A stretch of 64,000 nt of DNA from Octopus vulgaris. Lineage: Eukaryota. The DNA lies in the NCBI GenBank assembly GCA_951406725.2, contig OX597819.1, positions 79,980,001-80,044,000 of the forward strand, in the 5' to 3' direction. Position numbers and translations under genes: made by a program. The notes below the pieces were generated by a model, which had not been told where the DNA came from, ran no database searches, and saw nothing but the letters and a program-made list of their open reading frames with translations. Shown piece after piece: positions 43,540 through 57,111 of this stretch; positions within the stretch are counted from its first letter, which is position 1; every line of letters begins with the position of its first letter.

Positions 43540-44130
43540 GACAATGTCATACGGCATAGAGAGATAGTACCGTAATGACATTTTTGGGCAGTTGCTAATC
43601 ACATGTACAATGTCTTCCACAGAAATATGACGTAATCTACATTTGCGGTTTCATCTTGCAGCTACATTGGTTTTATTGTCTCTTTTGTTTATTCAGTATT
43701 GCGTAGCAAATCTCCTGCTCTTGTATTGCAGATGTATAACTTTCAAAGTGTGTTGTAGCCGTCACGATTTCAAGAGAGGCCTCTCTTCATGTCATTATCA
43801 CTGTTTTCTTCAGGTTTCGTGAAACATACCCATGCATATTCTTTTTGTCATGTTGGGTGCTTCAAATAAAATGTCTTCTTTGAGGTATGTTAGTCCGGCT
43901 GATTTGGGGTTGCGTGGGAAGTCCTCAGGAAGAGAATGCCTGAATTAATGTATTTATTTTTGATTTTGTTGCCTGACACAGTCTCAATGTTACTGTACAA
44001 CATTGAAAAGGCTGTCTGCACTGATTTCAAGCTTCTACCTCCTTTTTCTCTTCTTAGGTAGAGACTGTGGAGATTTCCATTTAATGTCAGTTTCTTGCTC
44101 TTTTTAACGTCTTTGGAGTGAATATCCTCT
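43540..44130 (-). mobile_element. Old RLE-type LINE fragment
   Basis: Minus-strand MHGYV, FESYTSAIQEQEI and RKCRLRHISVEDIVHVISNCPKMSLRYY (degenerate CCHC knuckle). Confidence 0.75.
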
Positions 44131-44268
44131 AAACCAAACTTGTATGTACGTCATTATTCAGTTTTATTTCAAGATTTCTTGTCAATAGAGAAAGAGTGAA
44201 TTTCTAACCTAGGCTCCTTCATTGGAATTTCAACATCAACAGGTTATTATTGAATGTACATATGTATA

Positions 44269-44674
44269 GGCGTAGAAGTAGCTGTGTGGTAAGTAGCTTG
44301 CTTACGAACAACATGGTTTTAGATTCCACTGCGTGACACTTTCGGCAAGTGTCTTCTACTATAGCCTTCGGCCCATTAAAGCCTTCTGAGCTGATTTGGT
44401 AGACAGAAACTGAAAGAAGCCCGTTGTATATATGTATATATATGTATGTGTGTGTGCATGTGTGTGTGTGTATGTTTGTGTGTCTGTGTTTTTCCCCACA
44501 ACGTCGCATGGCAACCGATACTGGTGTGTTTATATACCCGTAACTTAGCGGTTCGGTAAAAGAGACCAATAGAATAAGTACTAAGCTTACAAAGAATAAG
44601 TCCTGCGTTCGATTTGCATAACTAAAGGCGGTGTCCAGCATGGCCACCTTCAAATGACTGAAACAAGTAAAGAG
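44269..44674 (+). mobile_element. SINE family A copy
   Basis: Matches the family consensus. Confidence 0.85.
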
Positions 44675-45233
44675 TATATATATAGATTTGCATGTTTTGC
44701 TTTATGTATGTATTATTATGCATCTAGTTGCATGTGTAGACATGCTCATATATACTTTCATGATAAACTTCTGGAAACTTTTACAGATTTTTATAGTTCC
44801 AGTGATGGCTTGGATCTGTAGTCTTTGAATCAGCGCTCACCTTTCTAGTTTTAAGAAGCCTAACTTCCCGAGATTAGTAATTAGGCAGTTTATTACATAC
44901 CTCAATAGCCTCTGTATGTATGTATGTATGTATGTATGTATGTATGTATGTATGTATGTATGTATGTATGTATGTATGTATGTATGTATGTATGTATGTA
45001 TGTATGTATGTATGTATGTATGTATTCATGCATGTATTAATGTATGTATGAATGTATGTATCCATCTACATATAACCTGTCGGTTGCATTTCTATATAAG
45101 GAGTGTATTCGCAGGAACACAATATGTTCCTGTATAAAAAGAACGTTATTTTCATACATATAGAATATTATGAAATGCATTTCAATCTAAGTAGACAAAA
45201 TATTTAATATTAAATGCCACTGAATTCTATATA

Positions 45234-45283
<50 letters not shown>

Positions 45284-45437
45284 TTTAGATATATATAAAC
45301 ATACATATATAGAGATATATATATATATACACATATACATATACATATACATATATATGTACGTACAATAATAACTTTAATAATATATCATAATAATAAT
45401 ATATATTCACCGATTTAAAGCGACATTTATATATAAA

Positions 45438-45479
<42 letters not shown>

Positions 45480-45485
45480 TGCATA

Positions 45486-45691
45486 GGCTGAGGCATGGCT
45501 GTGTGATGGAAGTTTTACTTCCCAATCAGATGGTTCCGGGTTCACTCCCACTGCATTGCACCTTGAGCAAATGATTTCTACTACAGCTTCCGGCCGTCCA
45601 AGTTCAGTGTGGGTTTGGTAGACGGAAACTGAAAGAAGCTCGTCAAATATGTGTGTGTGAGTGTGTGTGCATGTGTATGTGTGTGTGTGTT

Positions 45692-45781
<90 letters not shown>

Positions 45782-46000
45782 TGTGCGTACGTGTCTGTGT
45801 GCGTGTGAGTTAGAGAGAGTTTCCCTCTAGAAACGCTTGACAACTAGTGATGGTGTGTTTACCTACTCGAAACCTATCGGCTGGGCAAAGAAAAACGGTA
45901 CAATTAGTTCTAAGTCCGATTCATTTGAATAAAATTCTTCAAGGTTGTGCCCCAGCATGGCCGGTGTCTAACAACTGAAACGAGTAACAGATAAAAGATA
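45486..46000 (+). mobile_element. SINE family A, diverged copy with long internal (TG)n
   Basis: Head 'ggcatggctgtgtg...ggttcactcccactgc' and tail 'cccagcatggcc...actgaaacgagtaa'. Confidence 0.75.
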
Positions 46001-46094
46001 AAAACATAGAAGATATTCATTTGTAACAAAATTCTACGCAAACGAAATAACAAATAGAAACGTGTGTCTATGCATGTGTACGTATGCATTTACG

Positions 46095-46168
<74 letters not shown>

Positions 46169-46199
46169 CGTCTATCTATCTGTCCATCTATCTATCTTC

Positions 46200-46737
46200 T
46201 TTAGCGTGTTTCAGTCATTAAACTGCTGCCCTAGTGGTGCACTGCCACGAAGAGTTTTCAGTCAAATGAAACGTCTCTTGTATTTATTTTTCTCCTCTTC
46301 AACCTCGTACATATTCCATCAGTATTTTTTACTGAAAAGCTAAGGTACAGTGACGTGAAGAAACCAACAATGGTTGTCAACACACACACACATAGTCTCT
46401 CTCACACACATACGCACACATATCTATAAGTTTTTTTTTCATTCTCTGTTTATTTTCTCTTATTCCTTTCTGTTGAAGAGCGTAGGCTCGAAACGTAAAA
46501 GACTGTTTCATTTTTCCCGAGCGTGAAACTAATACACTTGCCTCGTCTTTAGTTTTCCTATAAATTTCAATACATGTATTGAAAGGCTTCTTTCAGTTTC
46601 CGTCTACCAAATCCACTCGAAAGGTTTTGGTTGGCCCAAAACTATAGTAGAACATACTTGCCCAATGTCTTACACAGTAGGACTGGATCCGAAACCATGT
46701 GGTTAGGAACCAATCTTCTTACCACACAGCCAGACCT
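46200..46737 (-). mobile_element. SINE family A copy with a nested hammerhead module
   Basis: SINE halves at ~46200-46380 and ~46583-46737; insert at ~46430-46570. Confidence 0.75.
46466..46501 (+). ncRNA. Variant minimal hammerhead, copy 3
   Basis: cuuu-CUGUUGA-A-GAGC(guag)GCUC-GAA-ACGU-A-aaag. Confidence 0.5.
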
Positions 46738-46802
46738 GATGTATATTTGTGTGTTTGTGTACACACACACACACTAACACACACACACACACACACACAC
46801 TA

Positions 46803-46839
<37 letters not shown>

Positions 46840-47052
46840 AAGAGAGAGGGGGAGACAGATAAAGAGAGCGAGAGAGAGTGAGAGAAAGGAAAGAAACTGA
46901 GAGAGAAGGAGACGGACAAACAGACAGATAGAGGAAGTGAAAGTAAAGACATATATATAGAGATTAAATATAATAACAGAGGGCAGTACTTGTCAATATT
47001 GTATAATGATAGGTGGGTTTTATGACCTGTCCCTATGGCAAGAGTTCAACAT

Positions 47053-47144
<92 letters not shown>

Positions 47145-47382
47145 GCACGCACATACATATATATGTTCTCTCTACCTACTTTTCTTTCCCTCTGGCGTTA
47201 TAATTCGATCAAGTTTACGAAATATAAAACAACCACGATCTGTGATAGAAATAGCTGAGGATGTTAGGGTCGGGGATTCTGAAAGATGGGGGACGATGGT
47301 GGAGAAGGAGAAGGGAACCATTCAAGGCGTTTGCATGTGTGCGTTTTGATAAACACGCATACACACAGACACGCACACTCGA

Positions 47383-47420
<38 letters not shown>

Positions 47421-47633
47421 AATTTAGGGTAGCAAAAAAATTCAATAGAAATTTATCGCTACCAGCGGCCTAGTGGAAAAGAGAAAATAGTCAACGACTA
47501 AATATATAAATATAACAATTTAGGAGTGACCCTAACAGGTCATTCGTCCACCAGAAAGAGCAGCCATAACTCACACCGCCAAGTAGTAGTAATTCAGAAA
47601 TTAGGTGAAAATTTAAAAACATTTACCCTAATT

Positions 47634-47738
47634 CATCTTTTAGACGATGCATCGTTTCTGTGTCATTAATGATTAAATTAGCTTAATTAAATTAAATTAA
47701 GCTAATCTACCATAGGTTACACTTCATCAGTAAAAAAC
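47634..47738 (-). ncRNA. Type I hammerhead, long stem II (left arm)
   Basis: Mirror of 47854-47959. Confidence 0.75.
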
Positions 47739-47853
47739 CTGGGAGAGACAAATATACACGAGGCGTCTGTATCGATGCCTCCGGAATATCTGTCTTAAAA
47801 TTTTCAAGACTGACGTATTCGCGCCAAACTTATCAGCAGTAAATATAAACTGC

Positions 47854-47959
47854 CGTTTTTTACTGATGAAGTGTAACCTATGGTAGATTAGCTTAATTTA
47901 ATTTAATTAAGCTAATTTAATCATTAATGACACAGAAACGATGCATCGTCTAAAAGATG
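47854..47959 (+). ncRNA. Type I hammerhead, long stem II (right arm)
   Basis: cguuuuuua-CUGAUGA-[a-gugu...auuagcuuaauu/aauuaagcuaau...acac-a, 65 nt]-GAA-ACGAUGCAUCGU-C-uaaaagaug. 9-bp stem I with two G.U, 12-nt palindromic stem III, GUC site at 47950. Confidence 0.8.
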
Positions 47960-48073
47960 AATTAAATGTTTTTAAATTTTCACCTAATTTCTGAATTACT
48001 ACTACTTGGCGGTGTGAGTTATGGCTGCTCTTTCTGGTGGACGAATGACCTGTTAGGGTCACTCCTAAATTGT

Positions 48074-48107
<34 letters not shown>

Positions 48108-48395
48108 TATATACATATATATGTATATATATACACACATATATATATATATATATATGCATATGCATATATATCTATATGCATTTGTGTCTGTATATAC
48201 ATACATATATATATATATAGACAAATACATATAATATATATGAGTATACATCTATAACTATATGCATTTGTGCGTCTGTATATATACATGTATATATATG
48301 TATATGTATATATATACACACACATATATGTGCGTCTGTGTATATTTGTATATACATATATAACTATATGCATTTGTGTATGTGTATATATATGT

Positions 48396-48452
<57 letters not shown>

Positions 48453-48501
48453 CACACTCATGTCCAGAAGCATGTCCAGAAAGAGCCAAACACCAAGCTT
48501 G

Positions 48502-48551
48502 CTTCACTAATTATGGCAACGGAAGTCGCTGAAACTGACGTCAGTCTTAAG
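48502..48551 (+). ncRNA. Degenerate hammerhead remnant
   Basis: cuuca-CUAAUUA-u-ggcaac(ggaa)gucgcu-GAA-ACUGACGUCAGU-C-uuaag. Perfect 12-nt palindrome plus GUC, but two core mutations. Confidence 0.4.
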
Positions 48552-48735
48552 AATTCTCGTTCGCTATTATTCGGACACATATGGTCCTTGCTAGCGAGTG
48601 TTTTCATTCATGTGCATTAATTAGAGCATTTTAGGTCGTATTTCTAGCAATGTAGGTCTCTTTTAACACCCTAGTCACATTTAACAATAATTATGTATGT
48701 ATGTATGTATGCATGTATATATGTATGTATGTATG

Positions 48736-48834
<99 letters not shown>

Positions 48835-50174
48835 ATGTACATATATTGATGTACATATATATATATATATATACATAAAGACACACTCATACATGTGTGT
48901 GTTTATGTGTGTGCTTGTCCCCACCACCGATTGACAAACGCAACCTAGATGTTCGGCAATAGCGACAAATAGAAGAATACCAGGCTTTTAAGAATGAAAG
49001 AGTGCTGATGTCGATTCACTCAACTAAAGATTCTTCAATGCGATGTCGTCTGAAGCAAGTAAAAATTTAAAAAAAGCAACATTATTATAATATAATATAA
49101 CACCTACTCACACACAAACACATACACACATACACTCACACACACACACACATACATAAACACACTCACATTCAAATGTACAAACACACACACTGGGTTC
49201 TTAATTGCTGATTTATTTGTAGAATGTAACAAAAAAAAAAAAACTATGAATGGGACACCAAGTTTCGCCTTAAGAACTCGATTAATGAGATATGAGAAAA
49301 TTGAGTGGGTGGTTGCGCGTGCGTGTCTACGTATGAGTGTATCTCTTTGTATACATTGATCTTCTGAACGGTTTCTATATTCGTCGTGGAATTGGTTTCA
49401 TCTGATTATGCTAACTATGGAAGCAGCGTATATTTTGTGTAATTGTAATTTCCCTTGCCATTAAAGCTCTTATTATATCTTCAATATGTGTGGAGAAGAT
49501 ATTCATACAGTTTAATAAAATCTTGGTAACATTAAGAAGTATGCTTAAAACTATTAGTAATAGTATGTCATTTAATATTCGTTTCCTAGTTTTCTGTTTT
49601 TGAATTTCAATGTTATTTTCGATTTACTTTACGGCATCTTCAAAGCTACTGTTCTTTAATGCTTTACTGCTATAATAGGCTGAATGAATAACGAATATCT
49701 TATTAAGGGATATACTGGATACGTGCTTACAAATATTTTAAATTAAGTTCTTACAGATTAAGATGGAATACTTAGCCATAATATGCTGAATTTATATACC
49801 AGAATTTCTCTTTAGGATTACGTTAAGTTCGGTATTTACCAATATGTAATCTATAATTATATAAAGAAATTAACTCTACTTAGATGCGTACCTGCTGTAA
49901 CCCTTGACTATACGTTTTCTGGAGTGTTGATAGAATCCAAAAATGTGATCATTCATGCTTCGTACTTAGCGTAGTCCATCATCACAGTAAAGTCTGAACT
50001 GTGTGGAACGAAATCATTTACGATGTAAGTCATATACGCAAAATCGCTGCCTAGATTACAATCCCTTGGCATATAAAATGCATTTTCTGGTCATTAACTT
50101 AAATGAGTAAAATAATTATTGTTATACAGCAAAGTTTTCCTATCTATATTTAATAAAATATATGTGTACGTATA

Positions 50175-50335
50175 AGGCGGTGAGATGGCAGATTTTTTAG
50201 CGCGTCGGACGAAATGCTCAACGGAATTTATTCCGGCTTTTTACGTTCTAAATTCAGATGTTGCCGGGGTCGACTTTTCTTTCATCATTTCAGGGTTGGT
50301 AAGATAAGTACGGCTTCATCTTCCCCTAAAAAAAT
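50175..50335 (+). mobile_element. tRNA-derived SINE family C copy
   Basis: 'ggcggtgagatggcaga...gaaatgct...acgttct.aattcagat...ggtcgactttt.ctttcatc'. Relatives at ~12060-12170(-), ~39530-39660(-), ~42570-42730(+) and ~30560-30680(+). Confidence 0.65.
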
Positions 50336-51710
50336 TGCTCGTTTCGTACAGAATTAAAGTACTTATAATGATATTAATCTTCATGTCCGTAACTGGAATA
50401 AATCTCCACAAAATTCTAAATAAATGAATTCTAGTAGATACATTCATCGCTATTTCTTGAGGAGTTTCTGAATACAAAAGGATTAAAATTATTTATTTAA
50501 CTACATAATGGATAGGTGTAGGATGGTCTTGTTATTAAAAAAATATGTATTCACCGAAATTAAAACTTCATTAATAACAACCACATTCCTTGATATCATG
50601 CTTTATAAATAAACTATTAGAAATATGAAAATATCACGTGTTTTTGTACATGCATCAAGGCATCTATAATATGTTCTGTAAATAATAAAATGTAATGGAT
50701 GGATGTGTGGTGAATTTTCTAATACTGTTTTGGCAATCAATCAAACATAAATGATTAATCATATTTTTATACCTTTGCGAATATTTTTGTTTTTATAAAA
50801 TAATACTACTTTTCCAAATCAATATAAAACATTCGTAATGATTCAAGATGTCACAGCTTCTAATGAAATACCCGCATATATTTCATGTTTTTTATCTTGC
50901 TTGTACTGACGAACTTTCGCCCAACAAATTTTTCGGACGTTGTTCAGTAAAAATCGAAAGCATGATAAAGAAGAGGGGATATTACATGATCTTCTTCGAC
51001 CATGGGCTGGAGTGCAAATACTACTATGGAAAATGAATTCAACTTCAGAGGTTGTAAATTCCTTCCACAGATCAAAATACTTCATCTCTTTGCACCAACT
51101 TCATTTAACAACTGTTAAAACATGTTACACAAATATATACCAAAATTAAAACTTCCAGATTCATCCATGTTTCCTTAAACCAGACCAGACTTATGTACAA
51201 CAGAAATGTATACAAGAGATACCCAACAATATTGCCAATATGTAAAAGAAAACTAATTCTCATTGTTGAAGAGGAGAACAATGAGCCTAACAATGAATGA
51301 TATAGTAGAAAATTTATGATTATATGGACCATGAAACATGCATTACTTTCAAAGATCATTCTGACGATTTTCTTACCAACTTCAAATTACTTTAATAAAG
51401 GCATGAGGAGTGAAATAGGTAGAATCTCTAAGAATGTTAGTTTCTCTCAGTTCCAAACTTGCATTGGTTAATTTTATTTTATTATTCTATAATAGTTTAC
51501 AGAGTATTGAGTGATTCAATAACATGGATTGTAAGAGTATTTATGAATTTATGTATTTCGATGAAATTGAGTTCGATATAGCTGAGGTGTATCATGAAAT
51601 CCCCCCCAGAATGTTTTAGAATTCATTAGTGGCATTTGTCCTTTTAGTGATCAGACATTAATTTTATGTTCACTCTAGGAAATATTTGCTAGTTTAACTT
51701 ATACATTATA

Positions 51711-53021
51711 CGATGGACTATCCAAAAGAAACCGGAAGTTTACAATATTATTTTATTCACTTAGCTTTGCATGTTTACACTTTTATCGCCTTCAACGTAT
51801 TCTCCATTTGAAGCAATGCATCAGTCCAGATGCGATCCCTACTGTTCAAAACAGTCCTGGAACTCTTGCGAAGTGATGCCTTTTAACGCCTCCGTCGATT
51901 TTTCATCACCTCATCCACATTTGCAAAATGTTTGATTTTAAGAACTTTTTTCATTCGGGGGAACAAAAGAAAGCCACTGAGGGTAAGATCGTGTGAATAG
52001 GGACGATGGGTTAGCGGGGTCATACCATATTTGGTCAAAACCTGTCACATACTCATGGCGGTGTGCGCAGGTGCAATGTCGTGATGAAACCACCACTCTC
52101 TACTTTGTCACAGGTCGTGGCGTTTTCTTCTCGTTGCACCTCGGATACGCTTCAGAGCTTCCAAGTAAGATGTCTGGTTAATAGTTTAACCAGGAGGAAA
52201 AAGTTATATGTTGACAATTCCTTTCTATTCGATGAAACAAACCAGCATCGTCTTGACACTGGACTTCACTTGACTCGCTTTTGGCGGGCGTGGTGACATT
52301 GAATGCTCTCATTGACTTGATTGCCCTTCAGTTTCCGGGTCGTAGCCGTAGCAGTTGTTTTCGTCACCAGTGATGACCTTCGAAAAATGGTCCGGATCAT
52401 TCACCAACTGTTCTTTTAGTTCACGACACGCATTCACTTGTGATTGCTTTTGATCTTCCGTGAGCAAGCGAGGCACAAATTTTGCTGCAATTCTTTTCAT
52501 TCGCAATTTATCGCTCAAAATTCATTGGCAGGAGATCCAGGACATCAGTCATATCAACTAGTTCGTCAATTGCTTGGCAATGGTCCTCCAAGATCAGTTC
52601 ATGAATTTTCATGACGTTTTCTTTCGTTCGGGAAGTCGAAAGCTGTCCTGAATGAGTTGGTCTCCAAACGGCAAGGGACCATTCGAGAGCGTGAAAACTA
52701 CTTGTAAACTTGTCTTTTGCTCATTGTAAGCTGTTTGAGGCATGACAACTGTTTCGGTCGCCGTTTTCCCCAGCAGAAAACAGAATTTCAAGGAAGCATG
52801 CTGCACTGTTCCTTTGTTTCAGCCGTCGCAAAAATCGACGAACAGAGGAGAAGTACTGCAAAGCAAAGACTCACCACGCGGAAGTGCGGTACGAGCCGAT
52901 GACGCTGATCGGGAAACTGATGCCTGAGGGTCGCATCAAGTGTCTTCTAGCTGTGGGAGCCTGAACTACAACGAACTTGTCTCACAGAGAACGTTCCCGG
53001 TAACTTTTGGGTACTTCCTCG
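51711..53021 (-). mobile_element. Full-length but decayed mariner transposon (~1.3 kb, irritans-like TIR)
   Basis: TA-flanked imperfect TIRs CGATGGACTATCCAAAAGAAACCGG / CCGGTAACTTTTGGGTACTTCCTCG. Transposase motifs LKFCFLLGKTATET, KFVPRLL, ITGDE..CYGYDPE, HHDIAPAH, PYSHDL, GEYVEGDK, with frameshifts. Confidence 0.93.
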
Positions 53022-53409
53022 TACAATATACTTCGAATGTATACATTCGTTGCTTTCTTCCAAGGAATCTAATGTTCTTAGCTCAGTTTTTCCTTGGGGC
53101 TGGTCAGATGGGAGCAATCTCAAGAAAAATTACTCGAATGACCCGTTCTTGTTTTCTTTGTATCGTCTTTCTGGATGTTTTGTTGTCCCCTTTTTGGATC
53201 ACCTAGTTGTCCGGATGTTTTGCGTTCTTGTCCCATTTTGTATTTTATATTTATATATATATATATTATAATATAAATTATATTATAATATAAATATAAA
53301 TAATATAAATAAGTATTTTCAAAGTTGAAAAAAATTACAAATTTTTTCTCTTACGAGGTTTTTCACGCTAACTACTGATAATTTCTTATAAAGATTTTAT
53401 CCTTATTTT

Positions 53410-53491
<82 letters not shown>

Positions 53492-53554
53492 TATGTATCT
53501 ATATATGTAAACATATGCATGTATGTGTGTATCTCCATATCTATCTATTGTGAT

Positions 53555-53850
53555 GTCAAGTTGCTTACTAGTTAGGTCATTCGGCTCACGATCTTAACGC
53601 TGTGAGTTCAATTTCTGGTGACGCGTTGTGTCCTTGAGATAGACAATTTATTTCCTGTTGTTCCAGTCAGCTGGCAAAAATGAGTGGTACCTGTATTTCA
53701 AAGGGTTAGCCTTGTCACACTTATGTGAACTATGTTAAGAGTACACGTGTCTGTGGAATGCTCAGCCACTTGCACGTTAATTTCACGAGCAAGCTATTCC
53801 GTTGATCGTATCAGCTGGGACCCTCGTCGTCGTAACCGACGGAGTGCTCT
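53555..53850 (+). mobile_element. SINE family B copy
   Basis: 'gtgagttcaattt...gtgtccttgag...cagctggcaaaaatgagt...cacgttaatttcacgagc...cgtaaccgacggagtgc'. Confidence 0.75.
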
Positions 53851-54544
53851 TTCTTCTTTCACCTCTCACTCTCTCCCTCTCTTCATCTCTCCCTCTCTTC
53901 CTCTCTCCCTCTCTCTGTCTCTCTCTCTCTATATATATATGTGTATTATATGTATGTATATATATACGTGTGTATATATGATTATATATATATATATGTA
54001 CTCATGTTTGTATGTATTTATGTATGTATGCTGGTATGTCTGTATAAGCATGCAAATGCTAAATTTGAGATCAGATGTGAAGAATGTACTATGAGTTCTA
54101 AGAAACTACAATAGCCGTTTATAAAACGATAATGCAAATGCTAATATCCAAAGCAACATTTACACCGACAGCCAACACAAGCTCACAAATATATTACGCT
54201 GTATATATATATATATAAATATATATATACATACAACTGAGAGCCAGAGAGAGAGAGAGAGTATAATATAACATGACAAACATGACAACGGTGTAAGGAA
54301 AATTGACATAGCTACATAGCAAGTGAATATAATGTCGTTCAGAGGCGAACAGAGAAGATATGAAAATTATAACAACTTCGTTTCACTACAGATTCGAATC
54401 GTAGTCGTTATGGCATGTAAGAAATGTGTCTATTATTCCATTTGTAATTGAAACAAACGGAATGATACACTGTCGTTTCCTCAAGGATATTGACAAATAT
54501 AGCGAGATGAATAGACATATGGAAGTAACCACAAAATAGCAGGC

Positions 54545-54622
<78 letters not shown>

Positions 54623-54827
54623 ATCTCTCTCTCTCTTGTCTCTCTATCTCTGAATGACATAAGAGTTATGCTGCGGAATATTCATTAACTTTGAACTTTC
54701 AGACACGTTTGTATATATATAAGCGTGCAAGCGTATGTGTATGTTTTTACTGGTATGATGTGTTGTGTTTATTCGTGTGTTTGTGTTTATATGTATGTGT
54801 GCGTGTATATAAACGGGATGTATCTTG

Positions 54828-54946
<119 letters not shown>

Positions 54947-55193
54947 GCTGTATGCGTAGAACCATGTATCTATCTAAATGTTATATTATTATATATGTAA
55001 TATTATATACACACACAGAGAAATACACACAGACATACACACACACATATCATACTCACACACACGCAGTTATATAAAAATATAAATTCACAGAAATATG
55101 AGTGTATATATATATAGATACATAGATAGATAGATAGATATAGATAGACAGATAGATAGATATATAAATAGATACATAGATAGACAGATAGAC

Positions 55194-55224
<31 letters not shown>

Positions 55225-55231
55225 TAGATAG

Positions 55232-55266
<35 letters not shown>

Positions 55267-55462
55267 GATAGATAGATATATAGATAGATAGATTGATATA
55301 TATATATATATATATAGATAGATAGATAGATAGTTTGATAGATAGATAGATAGATAGATAGATAAAAAGATATACGAATATATATATATATGCACGTGCG
55401 TGTGTATATTACTATATATATATATACATGTACATGTATGCATGTATGTATGTATGTGCGTG

Positions 55463-55509
<47 letters not shown>

Positions 55510-55799
55510 TTATAAACGTATATGTATATATGTATATATATATATACATATATATATACATATATCTGAGTGTATGTTTGTGTATATATGTATATATATA
55601 TATATATATATGTATGTATATATATATACATATACATGTATGTATGTATGTATGTATGTATGTATGTATGTATGTATGTATGTATGTATGTATATATGTA
55701 TGTATGTATGGTGGAAGACCATTTTATAACGTGAGAAATTGGAATTTTGATGTATCTCTCAACTTATAAATGGATAAATGTAATAATATCAATGACATT

Positions 55800-55927
55800 A
55801 CTCGTGCTATTATTGTGGTTCATTACACTCTTCATATCATTATAATCGCCATCATTGTCATCATCATCAACATCGCAATTCTTCTTCTTATTATTATTAT
55901 CATCATTATTATTATTATGGTTACTTC

Positions 55928-55993
<66 letters not shown>

Positions 55994-56410
55994 CATTGTT
56001 ATAAGTTGCCGCTGTAGTTTTTGTTGTTAATGTTGTTCTTGTTTTTGTTGCCGATGTTGTTGTAATTGTTGTTCGTTCAGTTGGTCCAGCTATTAATGTT
56101 GTTGTTGTTGTCATCATCATTGCTGCTGCTGCTGCTGACGCTGTCTTTGTTGGTGTCATATCTGTAACATTAAAAGTTCTAGTGAAGGCAATATCATTCA
56201 CTATTTTTATTGTCATTGATTCCATAGTTAATATCTCTATCCCGATCGAAAGCAACCACAACCACTGCCAGCAAGACGATTACCACCACCACCACCACCA
56301 CCACCACCACCACCACCATCCACTAATAATAAGACGAGGACTTACGCCATTATTTCCACTACCACTACTACTAATATTACTGTAGTTAACACCACAACCA
56401 CAAATAGTAT
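55800..56410. repeat. (TTA)n/(GTT)n/(CAC)n microsatellite cluster
   Basis: Direct inspection. Confidence 0.9.
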
Positions 56411-56509
56411 GTGATACAACGATAGAGCTACAAGAGAATGACCAGAACAGCTAAAAATAACTAATTAATCTTCCTTAAATCACATAATCTTTCTCCCTCA
56501 TTCTTCCCC

Positions 56510-56565
<56 letters not shown>

Positions 56566-56687
56566 CTTCATCTCTCATAAAATGTTAAGGAAACGTTTAA
56601 ATAAGTCACTCCTGGATGCGCGGTTACGGAATAAAAATTATATATATGTAAGAATATATGTATATGCATACGTGTATATACATATAC

Positions 56688-56730
<43 letters not shown>

Positions 56731-56736
<6 letters not shown>

Positions 56737-56867
56737 CAAAATAAGCAACAAGGATATCCAGAGGTAATGTAGTACGATCGTTTCAAGCAAATCCATTTAA
56801 ATTAGAGTTGCTTGAAACGATCGTATTGTATTACCTCTGGATATCCTTGTTGAATATTTTGATTTTA
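56731..56867. repeat. Fold-back palindrome (60-bp arms, 17-nt spacer) carrying the 3' half of a hammerhead in each arm
   Basis: 56731-56790 pairs with 56808-56867; each orientation reads GAA-ACGAUCGU-A. Confidence 0.9.
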
Positions 56868-57111
56868 ATCACCTTATTTTGAAATTGTATGGATAATATC
56901 GTACTAAATTCTGGTGCATCAACTGAAGTACCTAATTCATCTGAATCTAAATTTTAGCTGTTATATATATATATATATAAAACATATATATATACATATA
57001 TAAATATGCAGCATATAAACACACATACATGCATAGGTATATATATATATATATATATGTGGGGGTGTATATGTAAATTTATGGATTTGTGTTGAAACAG
57101 ATATTGTTCCA

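Larger units (their letters stand above)
47510..48077. repeat. Long inverted repeat (~225-bp arms, ~116-nt spacer) in (TA)n; PLE-type inverted pLTR pair
   Basis: 47510-47738 is the reverse complement of 47855-48077; the only difference seen is a 5-nt indel (cccta, ~47626-47630). Confidence 0.95.
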
